A DNA stretch of 64,000 nucleotides from an uncultured Arcobacteraceae bacterium (lineage in GTDB: Bacteria > Campylobacterota > Campylobacteria > Campylobacterales > Arcobacteraceae), in NCBI GenBank assembly GCA_964022095.1, contig CAXHZO010000003.1, positions 173,415 to 237,414 on the forward strand. The letters are read 5' to 3'. Below, in pieces: positions 50,032 through 59,644 of the stretch. The position numbers and the translations under genes are program-made. Every line of letters starts with the position of its first letter. Within the stretch, counting starts at the first letter, position 1. The notes below the pieces were generated by a model. The model did no database searches. It had not been told where the DNA came from and was given only the letters and a program-made list of their open reading frames with translations.

Positions 50032-50037
50032 TATAAT
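50032..50037 (+). promoter_or_regulatory. Probable sigma70 -10 box of the guanidine operon
   Basis: TATAAT preceded by AT-rich tracts, ~57 nt upstream of the riboswitch aptamer. Confidence 0.45.
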
Positions 50038-50093
50038 AAATTTAACAAAACATGTTTAGAGGCTATTAAACCTCTGAAAGATAAAACAAAAAT

Positions 50094-50182
50094 GGTTACT
50101 AGGGTTCCGATCACATATGATGGCTGGTCCGAGAGTAACCGACTCTTAAATAGAGTTACACGGAGGGACAAAAGCCCGGGAG
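50094..50182 (+). ncRNA. Guanidine-I riboswitch (ykkC-yxkD motif)
   Basis: P1 GGTTACT/AGTAACC enclosing AGGGTTCCG...GGCTGGTCCGAG; P2 GACTCT/AGAGTT; 3' ACACGGAGGGACAAAAGCCCGGGAG consensus; upstream of ABC transporter and carboxylase genes. Confidence 0.95.
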
Positions 50183-50226
50183 GTTAATACCTCTTAACGT
50201 GTTTTAATATCTATTTAGGAGCAAAA

Positions 50227-51303
50227 ATGAAATCTTCATTAACGAAAATCATTAAATTACTGACATTGTCTGTTCTATTTTTAGGACTATCTACTACTTC
50301 TTTATTTGCCGAAACAAAAAAAGACTTTAAAGTTGCATGGAGTATCTATGTAGGATGGATGCCTTGGGATGTTATGGAATCACAAAAAATCATGGATAAA
50401 TGGGCAGATAAATATGGAATCAACATAGAAATCGTTCAAATAAATGATTATATTGAATCAATTAATCAATATAGTGCAGGTGAATTTGATGGCTGTACTA
50501 TGGCTAATACTGATGCATTAGGGATTCCTGCTGCTGGTGGAGTTGATTCTACATCATTAATTATTGGTGATTTTTCAAATGGTAATGATGTTGTTATTTC
50601 AAAAAATGCTAAATCAATCAAAGATTTAAAAGGTACAAATGTAAACTTAGTAGAGTTATCAATCTCTCATTATTTACTTGCAAGAGGTCTAGAAAAAAAT
50701 GGTATGAGTGAAAAAGATATTACAGTTGTAAATACAAGTGATGCTGATATGGTATCTGCTTATACAACATCTGATGTAACTTCAGTTGTAACTTGGAAAC
50801 CACAAGTAAGTGAAATACTTGCAATGCCAAAAGCCAATAACTTATTTAACAGTTCTGATATTCCTGGTGAAATTATTGACTTAATGGTTGTAAATACAAA
50901 AACTTTAAAAGATAATCCAGCATTTGGTAAAGCAATGGTTGGAGCTTGGTATGAAATGATGAGTTTAATGAACTCTAATTCTGCTGAAGCAAAAGAAGCA
51001 AAAACTATTATGGCAACTGCATCAGGTACTGATTTAGCTGGTTTTGAAGATCAATTAAAAACTACAAACATGTTTTATAATCCTGCAGAAGCTGTTAAGT
51101 TCAATAATTCAGATGAAATTGTAAAAACAATGCAGTTTGTTGCAAAATTTTCATTTAATCATGGATTATATGGTGAGGGAGCTAGTGATTATGGATTTGT
51201 TGGAATTGAATTCCCTAATGGCAAAACAATAGGAGATAAAGGAAATATAAAATTAAGATTTGATGACACTTATATGAAAATGGCAGCAGAGGGTAAACTT
51301 TAA
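50227..51303 (+). CDS. ABC transporter substrate-binding protein (annotated urea-carboxylase-associated; probably guanidine)
   Basis: Signal peptide, WSIYVGWMPW, QINDYIESINQY, GDFSNGND, LVELSISHYLL. Confidence 0.9.
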   Translation: MKSSLTKIIKLLTLSVLFLGLSTTSLFAETKKDFKVAWSIYVGWMPWDVMESQKIMDKWADKYGINIEIVQINDYIESINQYSAGEFDGCTMANTDALGIPAAGGVDSTSLIIGDFSNGNDVVISKNAKSIKDLKGTNVNLVELSISHYLLARGLEKNGMSEKDITVVNTSDADMVSAYTTSDVTSVVTWKPQVSEILAMPKANNLFNSSDIPGEIIDLMVVNTKTLKDNPAFGKAMVGAWYEMMSLMNSNSAEAKEAKTIMATASGTDLAGFEDQLKTTNMFYNPAEAVKFNNSDEIVKTMQFVAKFSFNHGLYGEGASDYGFVGIEFPNGKTIGDKGNIKLRFDDTYMKMAAEGKL

Positions 51304-51318
51304 TAAAGAGGATTAATT

Positions 51319-52131
51319 ATGAAAAGGTTAATAAATCAAATCCCATCAAAAAGTACAAATATTTTTTTGGGATTATTACCTTTTCTATTAATAGTAGTGG
51401 TTTATATTAGTGCTTCAAGTGCTAGACTAGCTGAAAATCCTAATGATAAACTACTGCCATCAATAGAAAAAAGTATCACTACAATGAGTAAGATGGCTTT
51501 TGAACCAAGTAAGAGAAGTGGCGATTATATTCTTTTAGAAGATACGAAAGCAAGTTTAAAAAGACTTGCTATAGGCGTTGGAATTAGTGCATTTATTGCT
51601 TTGTCAATAGGAATTGCAATTGGAGTAGTACCTTTTATTACTTCAACTTTATCTCCTTTGATTTGGTTTTTTTCACTAATTCCAACAATGGCAATGCTTC
51701 CAATTTTATTTATTGTTTTTGGATTAGGTGAAGTATCAAAAGTGGTTCTAATTATTTTAGGAGTTGCTCCTATTATGATTAGAGATATTTATCAAAGGGT
51801 AAAAGAAATACCAAGTGAACAAATTATAAAAGTTCAAACATTAGGTGCTAGTACTTGGCAAATAATTACAAGAGTAATAACACCTCAAATATTGCCAAGA
51901 TTAATTGATTCAATTAGACTAACTTTAGGAACAGCTTGGATTTTCTTGATCTCAGCAGAAGCAATTGCAGCAACTGAAGGTTTAGGATATAGAATATTTT
52001 TAGTAAGACGTTATTTAGCTATGGATGTGATTTTACCATATGTAATTTGGATTACACTTCTAGCATTTTTTATTGATTATATTCTTAGACAATTTAATAA
52101 AAGATTATTCCCTTGGTTTGGTAAGGAGTAA
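51319..52131 (+). CDS. ABC transporter permease (NitT/TauC type)
   Basis: LPILFIVFGLGE, QTLGASTWQ, AEAIAATEGLGYRIFLVRRY. Confidence 0.92.
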   Translation: MKRLINQIPSKSTNIFLGLLPFLLIVVVYISASSARLAENPNDKLLPSIEKSITTMSKMAFEPSKRSGDYILLEDTKASLKRLAIGVGISAFIALSIGIAIGVVPFITSTLSPLIWFFSLIPTMAMLPILFIVFGLGEVSKVVLIILGVAPIMIRDIYQRVKEIPSEQIIKVQTLGASTWQIITRVITPQILPRLIDSIRLTLGTAWIFLISAEAIAATEGLGYRIFLVRRYLAMDVILPYVIWITLLAFFIDYILRQFNKRLFPWFGKE

Positions 52132-52133
52132 TT

Positions 52134-52886
52134 ATGAGTTTAGTTAAAGCAAAAAATATTTGGAAAAACTATGGTGATAATATCATTTTAGAGAATCTAA
52201 ACTTTGAGATGAATGATGGTGAGTTTTGTACTTTAGTTGGGCCTTCTGGGTGTGGTAAAAGTACATTTTTAAGAATGTTACTTGGAGTAGAAAAGCCTAA
52301 TAAAGGTGAATTACTTTTTGAAGGAAATGAATACCCAAGTGAACCAAGTGATGAAAGAGGAATTGTTTTCCAAAGATATTCAACACTAAATCACTTAAAT
52401 GTTATAGATAATGTTGTTATTGGCTTAGAGTTTGAAAAATCAAAGTTCTTTGGAAAACTTTTTGGAAGTCAAAAGAAAAAAGCTTATGAAAAAGCAGATG
52501 AAATATTAAAAGCAGTTGGATTAAATCACTCAAGAAATAAATATCCCCATGAGTTAAGTGGTGGTATGAAACAAAGATTATCAATTGCTCAATCATTAGT
52601 TAAAAGTCCAAAACTTTTATTACTAGATGAGCCTTTTGGTGCATTAGATCCTGGTATTAGTTTAGACATGCATGAATTACTTTTAGATATTCATGAAAAA
52701 CTTAACTTTGGTGTAGTTATGGTGACTCACGATATTAGTGAAGCTTTTAAGCTAGGAACTAGAGTTTTAGTATTTGATAAAGTAAAACAAGATTTAGAGT
52801 ATCCAAATAGATATGGTTCAACTATTGTAAATGATTTAGATTCAAGTGTAAAAGAAAATAAGGAAAGAAGTTATGATAAAAAGTGA
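52134..52886 (+). CDS. ABC transporter ATP-binding protein
   Basis: GPSGCGKST, LSGGMKQR, LLLDEPFGALD, VTHD. Confidence 0.95.
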   Translation: MSLVKAKNIWKNYGDNIILENLNFEMNDGEFCTLVGPSGCGKSTFLRMLLGVEKPNKGELLFEGNEYPSEPSDERGIVFQRYSTLNHLNVIDNVVIGLEFEKSKFFGKLFGSQKKKAYEKADEILKAVGLNHSRNKYPHELSGGMKQRLSIAQSLVKSPKLLLLDEPFGALDPGISLDMHELLLDIHEKLNFGVVMVTHDISEAFKLGTRVLVFDKVKQDLEYPNRYGSTIVNDLDSSVKENKERSYDKK

Positions 52887-53595
52887 AAAAGTTGTTTTAA
52901 ATGAAATTTTCCCTTCAAGTGTAAAGTGGTCGAAAATCATTAAAAGAGGACAAACAATTCAACTTAAAGCAAAAGGTGACAATGCAAGTTTAAGTGCAAT
53001 GTTTTACAACGCTTCAAATGTAGCAGAGAGATTTAATAGTGCAGATACTGTAAAGATTCAGTGGAATGCATTTTTGAATAAGCAAAAAGTTCTATTCTCA
53101 GAAATGGGAAGAGTTTTATTTGCTATTACTGATGATACAACTGATGGTTTACTTGATACTTTAGGTGGTATTTCAAATGAAAGAGTTATAAAAGAGAACT
53201 TTGGAGGTGAAGCTACTTATCAAAGTTGTAGAAACGGATATCACAAAAGTGATAAAGAGAATTTCATGATTGAGCTTGGAAAATATGGAATGACAAAAAA
53301 AGATTTAATTCCAGCATTAAATTTATTTAGAAAAGTTGATGTTAAAGAAGGTTCAAAGTTACACTTATCACCTAAAAAAGCGGCAAAGGGTGACTACATA
53401 GAATTAACTGCACATATGGATGTATTACTTATTTTATCAAATACTCCCCATGCAATGGATAAAAGTGGAGTTTATGCACCAAGTGATGTTGAGATAACAA
53501 TTTTTGATGCAGTAGCATTTGATGAAAAAGATTATGAAAACTATTCAGAAGAAGCCAAAAGAGGTTTCAAAAATACTAACAGATATTTTGTATAA
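52873..53595 (+). CDS. cgdA: Urea carboxylase-associated protein 1 / carboxyguanidine deiminase subunit A (DUF1989)
   Basis: ERFNSADTVKIQW, LFSEMGRVL, LNLFRKV, LSNTPHAMD; position in operon. Confidence 0.83.
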   Translation: MIKSEKVVLNEIFPSSVKWSKIIKRGQTIQLKAKGDNASLSAMFYNASNVAERFNSADTVKIQWNAFLNKQKVLFSEMGRVLFAITDDTTDGLLDTLGGISNERVIKENFGGEATYQSCRNGYHKSDKENFMIELGKYGMTKKDLIPALNLFRKVDVKEGSKLHLSPKKAAKGDYIELTAHMDVLLILSNTPHAMDKSGVYAPSDVEITIFDAVAFDEKDYENYSEEAKRGFKNTNRYFV

Positions 53596-53605
53596 GGATT
53601 TAAAG

Positions 53606-54226
53606 ATGTCAAAAAATATAGAAAATGCAATTTATAATGAAAAATTACCTTCAGGACTTCCATGGGCTGGTGTTATTAAAAAAGGTCAAACATTTAGAAT
53701 CGTAGATTTAGAAGGATGTCAAGCTGTTGATACACTTTTTTATAATAACGATAATTACAATGATAGATACAATGCAAATGATACTATAAGAGAACAGGGA
53801 AGTATTTTTATTACAACTGGAACTAAACTAATTTCAACAGATGATAATGTATTAATGGAAATTACAGAAGATACTTGTGGAAACCATGATACTTTAGGTG
53901 GTCACTGTAGTGCTGAGAGTAACTCTGTTAGATTTGGTTTAGATAAAAAATATATGCACTCTTGTAGAGATAACTATTTAACTATTGTTTCAAAGCTTGA
54001 AATGAGTCCAAAAGATATTACAAATAATATTAACTTTTTTATGAATGTACCAGTTGAAGAAGATGGACATTTAGCCATAGTTGATGGAATTTCAAAACCA
54101 GGTGATTATGTTCAAATGCTTGCAAAAACAGATACACTTGTTTTAATATCAAATTGTCCACAACTAAATAACCCATGTAATGGATATAACCCAACTCCAA
54201 TTCAATTAATTATTTGGGATAAATAA
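53606..54226 (+). CDS. cgdB: Urea carboxylase-associated protein 2 / carboxyguanidine deiminase subunit B (DUF1989)
   Basis: DLEGCQAVDTLFY, HDTLGGHCSAESN, NINFFMNVPV, SNCPQLNNPCNGYNPTP; start moved to ATG 53606 (AAGGA RBS). Confidence 0.87.
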   Translation: MSKNIENAIYNEKLPSGLPWAGVIKKGQTFRIVDLEGCQAVDTLFYNNDNYNDRYNANDTIREQGSIFITTGTKLISTDDNVLMEITEDTCGNHDTLGGHCSAESNSVRFGLDKKYMHSCRDNYLTIVSKLEMSPKDITNNINFFMNVPVEEDGHLAIVDGISKPGDYVQMLAKTDTLVLISNCPQLNNPCNGYNPTPIQLIIWDK

Positions 54227-54260
54227 AAATACTTACGGTTTAAAAGAGCCTTATCTTTTT

Positions 54261-54308
54261 ATTTTGTGGGACGACCTGTAAAATATAACTCATTCGGGAC
54301 GGCCCAAA
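54261..54308 (+). ncRNA. Guanidine-II riboswitch (mini-ykkC)
   Basis: Two hairpins with ACGR loops: ATTTTGTGGG-ACGA-CCTGTAAAAT (54261-54284) and GGG-ACGG-CCC (54296-54305), just upstream of the AAGGA RBS of the carboxylase. Confidence 0.85.
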
Positions 54309-54327
54309 AAAATTTCAAGGATATAAA

Positions 54328-57300
54328 ATGTTTAAAAGAGTTTTAATTGCAAATAGAGCTGAGATTGCAAATAGAATTATAAGAACTTTAAAAAAGATGG
54401 ATATTGAGTCAGTGGCTATTTATAGTGAAGCTGATAAACATGCTTCTTTTGTGATGAATGCTGATATATCTATACCTTTACATGGAACTTCTTTAGAAGA
54501 GACATATTTAAATATTCAAAAAATTATAGATATTTGTAAAGAGTATAAAGTAGATGCTATTCACCCTGGATATGGCTTTTTAAGTGAAAATGTGAGTTTT
54601 GTAAAAGAGTGTGAGAAAAATGGTATTGCATTTATTGGACCTACTTCAAAACAGATTGAAGATTTTGGATTAAAACATACTGCAAGAGACATTGCAAAGG
54701 CAAATGATGTACCACTATTAGAAGGAAGTGACCTTTTAACTAGTTTAGAAGATGCAAAAAATACTGCAAATACTATTGGTTATCCAGTTATGCTAAAAAG
54801 TACAGCTGGTGGTGGTGGAATAGGTATGAAACTTTGTTTTAGTGAAGATGAATTAGTTTCAACTTATGAAAGTGTAATTAAACTTGCAACTACAAACTTT
54901 AGTAATGGTGGAGTATTTTTAGAAAAGTATATCCAGACTGCAAGACATATTGAAGTTCAAATTTTTGGTGATGGAAAAGGAAATGTTAAGACTTTAGGTG
55001 AAAGAGATTGTTCAATTCAAAGAAGAAACCAAAAAGTTATTGAAGAAACACCAGCTCCAAATATCAGTGATGAATTAAGACAAGAACTTTTTGAAGCATC
55101 ATATAAATTAGCAAAGGCAGTTGATTATAGAAGTGCGGGGACTGTTGAGTATATCTATGATACAAAAACTAATAAGTTTTATTTTCTAGAGGTTAATACA
55201 AGATTACAAGTAGAACATGGAATCACAGAAGAGGTATGTGGAGTTGATTTAGTTGAGTGGATGATAAAAATTGCTGCAGGTGAAAATCAAATTTTATTAG
55301 ATTATGAGCATAATCCTAAAGGACATGCCCTTGAAGTTAGAGTATATGCAGAAGATGCTAGTAAAAGCTTTCAACCAAGTACGGGACTTATAACAAAAGT
55401 TGAATTCCCTGAAAATACAAGAATAGATACTTGGATTGAAGATGGTTGCATTGTTAGTCCTTTTTATGATCCTCTATTAGCAAAGATTATTACAGTAAGT
55501 TCTTCAAGACAAGAGAATATTTCAAAATTAAAAGATGTACTAGAGCAAAGTAAAATATATGGAATAGAGTCAAATTTATCTTATTTAAGTTCAATTGTAA
55601 AAGAAGATTTTTTCAAAGATTCAACTTTTTATACAAAAGTACTAGATGGCTTTGAGTTTAAATCATATAAGTTAGATATATTAAAATCTGGAACATTAAC
55701 TACAATCCAAGATTATCCTGCAAGACAAGGTTATTGGGCAGTTGGTATTCCACCATCAGGTGCAATGGATAATTTAACACCAAGAATATTAAATAAAATA
55801 TTAGATAATAGTATTGATTGTGCATTTATTGAAATGACTTTTATTGGTGCAACTTTTAAGTTTAGACAAGAAACTACTATATCTTTTGGTGGGGCTGATA
55901 TGCAAGCAACTCTAAATGGTAACAATGTAGAGATGTTTAAGGCTATTAGTGTAAATAGTGGAGATGTTTTAGAGTTTAAAAAAGTCGTGGGAGATGGTAA
56001 TAGAACTTACTTGGCAATTGATGGTGGATTTGATGTGGCTAAGTATTTAGGAAGTGCTTCAACATTTACTTTAGGTGAGTTTGGAGGACATAGTGGAAGA
56101 GCTTTAAAAGCTGGTGATGTATTAGATTACTCACAAGCTTTAACAACTAATTTTGAAAAACCAATTGATACTCCAATTTTAAGTAATGAATGGGAAATAG
56201 GTGTTGTTTATGGACCTCATGGTGCACCGGACTTCTTTACTAATGATGATATAAAAGAGTTTTTTGATTGTTCATGGGAAGTTCATTTTAATTCAAGTAG
56301 AACAGGTGTTAGACTAATAGGGCCAACTCCTTCTTGGGCAAGAAATGATGGAGGAGAAGCAGGACTTCACCCTTCTAATATTCATGATAATGCCTATGCT
56401 TTTGGAACAATAGATTTTACGGGAGATATGCCAGTAATACTAGGACCTGATGGTCCAAGTCTTGGTGGATTTGTCTGTCCAGCTACTATTATTTCTTGTG
56501 AATTATATAAAATAGGTCAACTAAAAACAGGTGATAAAATCAAATTTAAACCTATGAGTTTAGAAAATGCTGATTTGATGAATAAAGATTATGAAGAGGC
56601 ACTTGAGTTAAATAAGCCTTTACCAAAATTAGATAACTACACAATAAATTTAGATTTAAATAGTGCAACACCAATTATTGATTCTTTAAAATTTGATGAA
56701 TTAGATATCGACATTGTTATTAGAGCAGCAGGAAATGAGTTTTTATTAGTAGAAGTTGGTGAGTTAAAACTTGATATAGAGTTAAGATTTGTTATTCATG
56801 CTTTAATGAGTTATTTCGAAGAAAAAGATTTAAATGGAATTATTGATTTAACTCCTGGTATTAGAAGTTTACAAGTACATTTTAATTCATTAATAGTAAA
56901 TAGAAGTGAAATTCTAAACTTAATAAAAGAGGCTTTAATTTCATTAAATGATATAGAAAATCTAGAAGTAGAGTCAAGAACTGTATATCTTCCACTTTCT
57001 TGGAATGATCCTTCAATTCAACTTGCCATTGATAAATACCAACAAGGTGTACGTCCAAATGCTCCTTGGTGTCCAAGTAATATTGAGTTTATTAGAAGAA
57101 TAAATGGCTTAAAAGATATTAAAAAAGTACAAGATACTATTTTAGATGCTTCATATTTAGTTATGGGATTAGGTGATGTTTACTTAGGCGCACCTGTTGC
57201 AACTCCTTTAAATCCAGCTCATAGATTAGTAACTACAAAGTATAATCCAGCAAGAACATGGACAGCTCAAAACTCTGTTGGTATTGGTGGAGCATATATG

Positions 57301-57924
57301 TGTGTATATGGAATTGAAGGGCCAGGTGGATATCAATTATTTGGTAGAACACTTCAAATGTGGAATAAATACAGAACTACAAAAGAGTTTACTAAACCAT
57401 GGTTATTGAGATTTTTTGATCAAGTAAAGTTTTACTTAGTATCAAGTGATGAACTACATGATATTAGAGATAAGTTTTTGTATGGAAAGTATCCTTTAAA
57501 AATAGAAAACAATACTTTTAAATTAAAAGAGTATAAAGAGTTTTTATCAAAAAATGAAAAAGAACACATAACTTTTCAAAATAGTAGAAAAGATGCTTTT
57601 GAAGTAGAAAGACTTATGTGGAAAGAAAAAGGCTTAGATAAATTCAATGTACAAAATGAAAACTTTGAACTAAAAGATGAATTACTTTTAAGTGAAGATG
57701 AAGAAGTTGTTGAGTCTATTATGTCTGGAAATATTTGGAAAATAGAAGTAAAAGTTGGTGATGAGATAAAAGCAGGGGATGTGTTAGTAATCTTAGAGTC
57801 TATGAAAATGGAAGTTGATATTGAAAGTGATGTAAGTGGTGTAGTCTCTCAAATACTTTTTAAAGAGGGTGATAATGTAAATAGTGGTGATGTATTAGTA
57901 GTTGTTAAAAAGGAAATCAAATGA
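54328..57924 (+). CDS. uca: Urea/guanidine carboxylase (biotin-dependent), probably guanidine-preferring
   Basis: IANRAEIA, HPGYGFLSEN, ERDCSIQRRNQK, EVNTRLQVEH, GLHPSNIHD, IDFTGD, TTKYNPART, biotinyl ESMKME. Confidence 0.94.
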   Translation: MFKRVLIANRAEIANRIIRTLKKMDIESVAIYSEADKHASFVMNADISIPLHGTSLEETYLNIQKIIDICKEYKVDAIHPGYGFLSENVSFVKECEKNGIAFIGPTSKQIEDFGLKHTARDIAKANDVPLLEGSDLLTSLEDAKNTANTIGYPVMLKSTAGGGGIGMKLCFSEDELVSTYESVIKLATTNFSNGGVFLEKYIQTARHIEVQIFGDGKGNVKTLGERDCSIQRRNQKVIEETPAPNISDELRQELFEASYKLAKAVDYRSAGTVEYIYDTKTNKFYFLEVNTRLQVEHGITEEVCGVDLVEWMIKIAAGENQILLDYEHNPKGHALEVRVYAEDASKSFQPSTGLITKVEFPENTRIDTWIEDGCIVSPFYDPLLAKIITVSSSRQENISKLKDVLEQSKIYGIESNLSYLSSIVKEDFFKDSTFYTKVLDGFEFKSYKLDILKSGTLTTIQDYPARQGYWAVGIPPSGAMDNLTPRILNKILDNSIDCAFIEMTFIGATFKFRQETTISFGGADMQATLNGNNVEMFKAISVNSGDVLEFKKVVGDGNRTYLAIDGGFDVAKYLGSASTFTLGEFGGHSGRALKAGDVLDYSQALTTNFEKPIDTPILSNEWEIGVVYGPHGAPDFFTNDDIKEFFDCSWEVHFNSSRTGVRLIGPTPSWARNDGGEAGLHPSNIHDNAYAFGTIDFTGDMPVILGPDGPSLGGFVCPATIISCELYKIGQLKTGDKIKFKPMSLENADLMNKDYEEALELNKPLPKLDNYTINLDLNSATPIIDSLKFDELDIDIVIRAAGNEFLLVEVGELKLDIELRFVIHALMSYFEEKDLNGIIDLTPGIRSLQVHFNSLIVNRSEILNLIKEALISLNDIENLEVESRTVYLPLSWNDPSIQLAIDKYQQGVRPNAPWCPSNIEFIRRINGLKDIKKVQDTILDASYLVMGLGDVYLGAPVATPLNPAHRLVTTKYNPARTWTAQNSVGIGGAYMCVYGIEGPGGYQLFGRTLQMWNKYRTTKEFTKPWLLRFFDQVKFYLVSSDELHDIRDKFLYGKYPLKIENNTFKLKEYKEFLSKNEKEHITFQNSRKDAFEVERLMWKEKGLDKFNVQNENFELKDELLLSEDEEVVESIMSGNIWKIEVKVGDEIKAGDVLVILESMKMEVDIESDVSGVVSQILFKEGDNVNSGDVLVVVKKEIK

Positions 57925-59249
57925 ATTTAAATATTGAAAATTTACGAAACTCGTATACAGATGGAAGTTTAACTGTAAGTGAAGTTATAAAATCTATTAA
58001 AGAAAAAATAAAAGAGTATGAGAATTACAATATTTGGATATTTACTTTAAGTGATGAACAACTAAATAGTTATATAAAGAATTTACAAAATAAGAATATA
58101 GAAGATTTACCTTTATATGGAATTCCTTTTGCTATTAAAGATAATATTGATTTAGTTGATATTCCTACAACTGCAGGATGTAAAGAGTATGAATATACTC
58201 CTTCTAAATCAGCATATGTAGTTGACCAATTAATCAAAGCAGGTGCAATACCAATTGGAAAAACAAATCTTGATCAATTTGCTACAGGATTAGTAGGTAC
58301 TAGAAGTCCATATGGAGAGTGTAAAAATTCTATAAACTCTGAATATATATCAGGAGGTTCAAGTTCTGGAAGCGCAGTAAGTGTTGCACTTGATATGGTT
58401 AGTTTCTCTCTTGGAACTGATACAGCAGGAAGTGGTAGAGTTCCCGCTGCTTTTAATAATCTTATAGGATTAAAAGCATCAAAGGGAGTTATTAGTACAA
58501 GTGGCGTTGTTCCTGCTTGTAGAAGTTTAGATTGTGTAACTGTTTTTACAAAAGACTTACAAAGTATTGAGAATGTATTTACTTGTATAAATTCATACGA
58601 TGAAGAAGATATTTATTCTAGAAAAAAAATTACTAATAAAATAGATATTAAAGAAAACTTTACTTTTGCCATACCAAATGAATCACAATTAAAGTTTTTT
58701 GGTGATGATGAATCAAAAGAGTTGTTTTTTAAAGCAGTAGAAAAACTAAAATCACTTGGTGGAAAAGTAGTACAAATTGATTATGAACCATTTAATGAAA
58801 GTGCAAATTTACTTTATAGTGGACCTTGGGTTACTGAGAGATATATTGCTATAAAAGATACAATAACAAAAACTCCTCAAGTAGTTGAGCCCACTGTTAG
58901 AAAGATTATCTCAGGGGGAGATAAGATTGATGCTGTTAATTATTTTCAATCAGAATATACATTAAAGAAAAATAGAAAATATGCCGATAAGATTTTCAAT
59001 CAATTTGATTTTATGCTAACACCAACTACTGGAACGATATATAAAATTGATGAGGTGAATTCTGATCCAATACAGCTAAATACAAATCTTGGATATTACA
59101 CTAACTATATGAATTTATTAGATTTAAGTGCAATTGCACTTCCTGCTGGATTTAGAAAAAACGGTTTACCATTTGGAGTAACAATTGTTGCAAATACTTT
59201 TGAAGAAGAGAAATTATTATCTTATTCTTCTTTGTATTTAAAGGATTAA
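57921..59249 (+). CDS. atzF: Allophanate hydrolase, amidase-signature domain
   Basis: PFAIKDNID, GKTNLDQFATGLVGTRSPYG, GGSSSGS, GTDTAGSGRVPA, LGYYTNYMNLLD. Confidence 0.93.
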   Translation: MNLNIENLRNSYTDGSLTVSEVIKSIKEKIKEYENYNIWIFTLSDEQLNSYIKNLQNKNIEDLPLYGIPFAIKDNIDLVDIPTTAGCKEYEYTPSKSAYVVDQLIKAGAIPIGKTNLDQFATGLVGTRSPYGECKNSINSEYISGGSSSGSAVSVALDMVSFSLGTDTAGSGRVPAAFNNLIGLKASKGVISTSGVVPACRSLDCVTVFTKDLQSIENVFTCINSYDEEDIYSRKKITNKIDIKENFTFAIPNESQLKFFGDDESKELFFKAVEKLKSLGGKVVQIDYEPFNESANLLYSGPWVTERYIAIKDTITKTPQVVEPTVRKIISGGDKIDAVNYFQSEYTLKKNRKYADKIFNQFDFMLTPTTGTIYKIDEVNSDPIQLNTNLGYYTNYMNLLDLSAIALPAGFRKNGLPFGVTIVANTFEEEKLLSYSSLYLKD

Positions 59250-59251
59250 AT

Positions 59252-59644
59252 ATGAATGAAAATGAAATACTAGTTGGCGTTTGTGGCGCTCATATGAGTG
59301 GGTTACCTCTCAATTGGCAATTAACTCAATTAGATGCAACTTTAGTTAAAAAAACAAAAACAAAAAAAGGTTATAGACTATTTGTTTTAGAAAATAAAGA
59401 TCCAATTAGACCAGGTATGATTTATGACTCTTCAAGTTCTACTCAAATAGAAGTAGAAGTATGGAGCATGAAAGTTGAAAACTTTGGGAAGTTTATGAAA
59501 CAAATCGCAAGTCCATTAGGCATAGGCTCTGTTTTTTTAGAAGATGATTCTTTTGTATATGGCTTTTTATGTGAAGCTGATTTTGTAAAAGATGTAAAAG
59601 AGATAAGTGAACTTAGTTCTTGGAGAGCATTTGTATGTCAGTAA
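59252..59644 (+). CDS. Allophanate hydrolase C-terminal domain as a separate protein
   Basis: VCGAHMSGLPLNWQL, YRLF, RPGM, IEVEVW, PLGIG, GFLCE, WRAF; own AAGGA RBS. Confidence 0.87.
   Translation: MNENEILVGVCGAHMSGLPLNWQLTQLDATLVKKTKTKKGYRLFVLENKDPIRPGMIYDSSSSTQIEVEVWSMKVENFGKFMKQIASPLGIGSVFLEDDSFVYGFLCEADFVKDVKEISELSSWRAFVCQ

Noticed and set aside
53519-53605. Longer N-terminus for cgdB given by the ORF track
   Set aside because: Overlaps cgdA by 77 nt; ATG 53606 has a good AAGGA RBS and family similarity starts there
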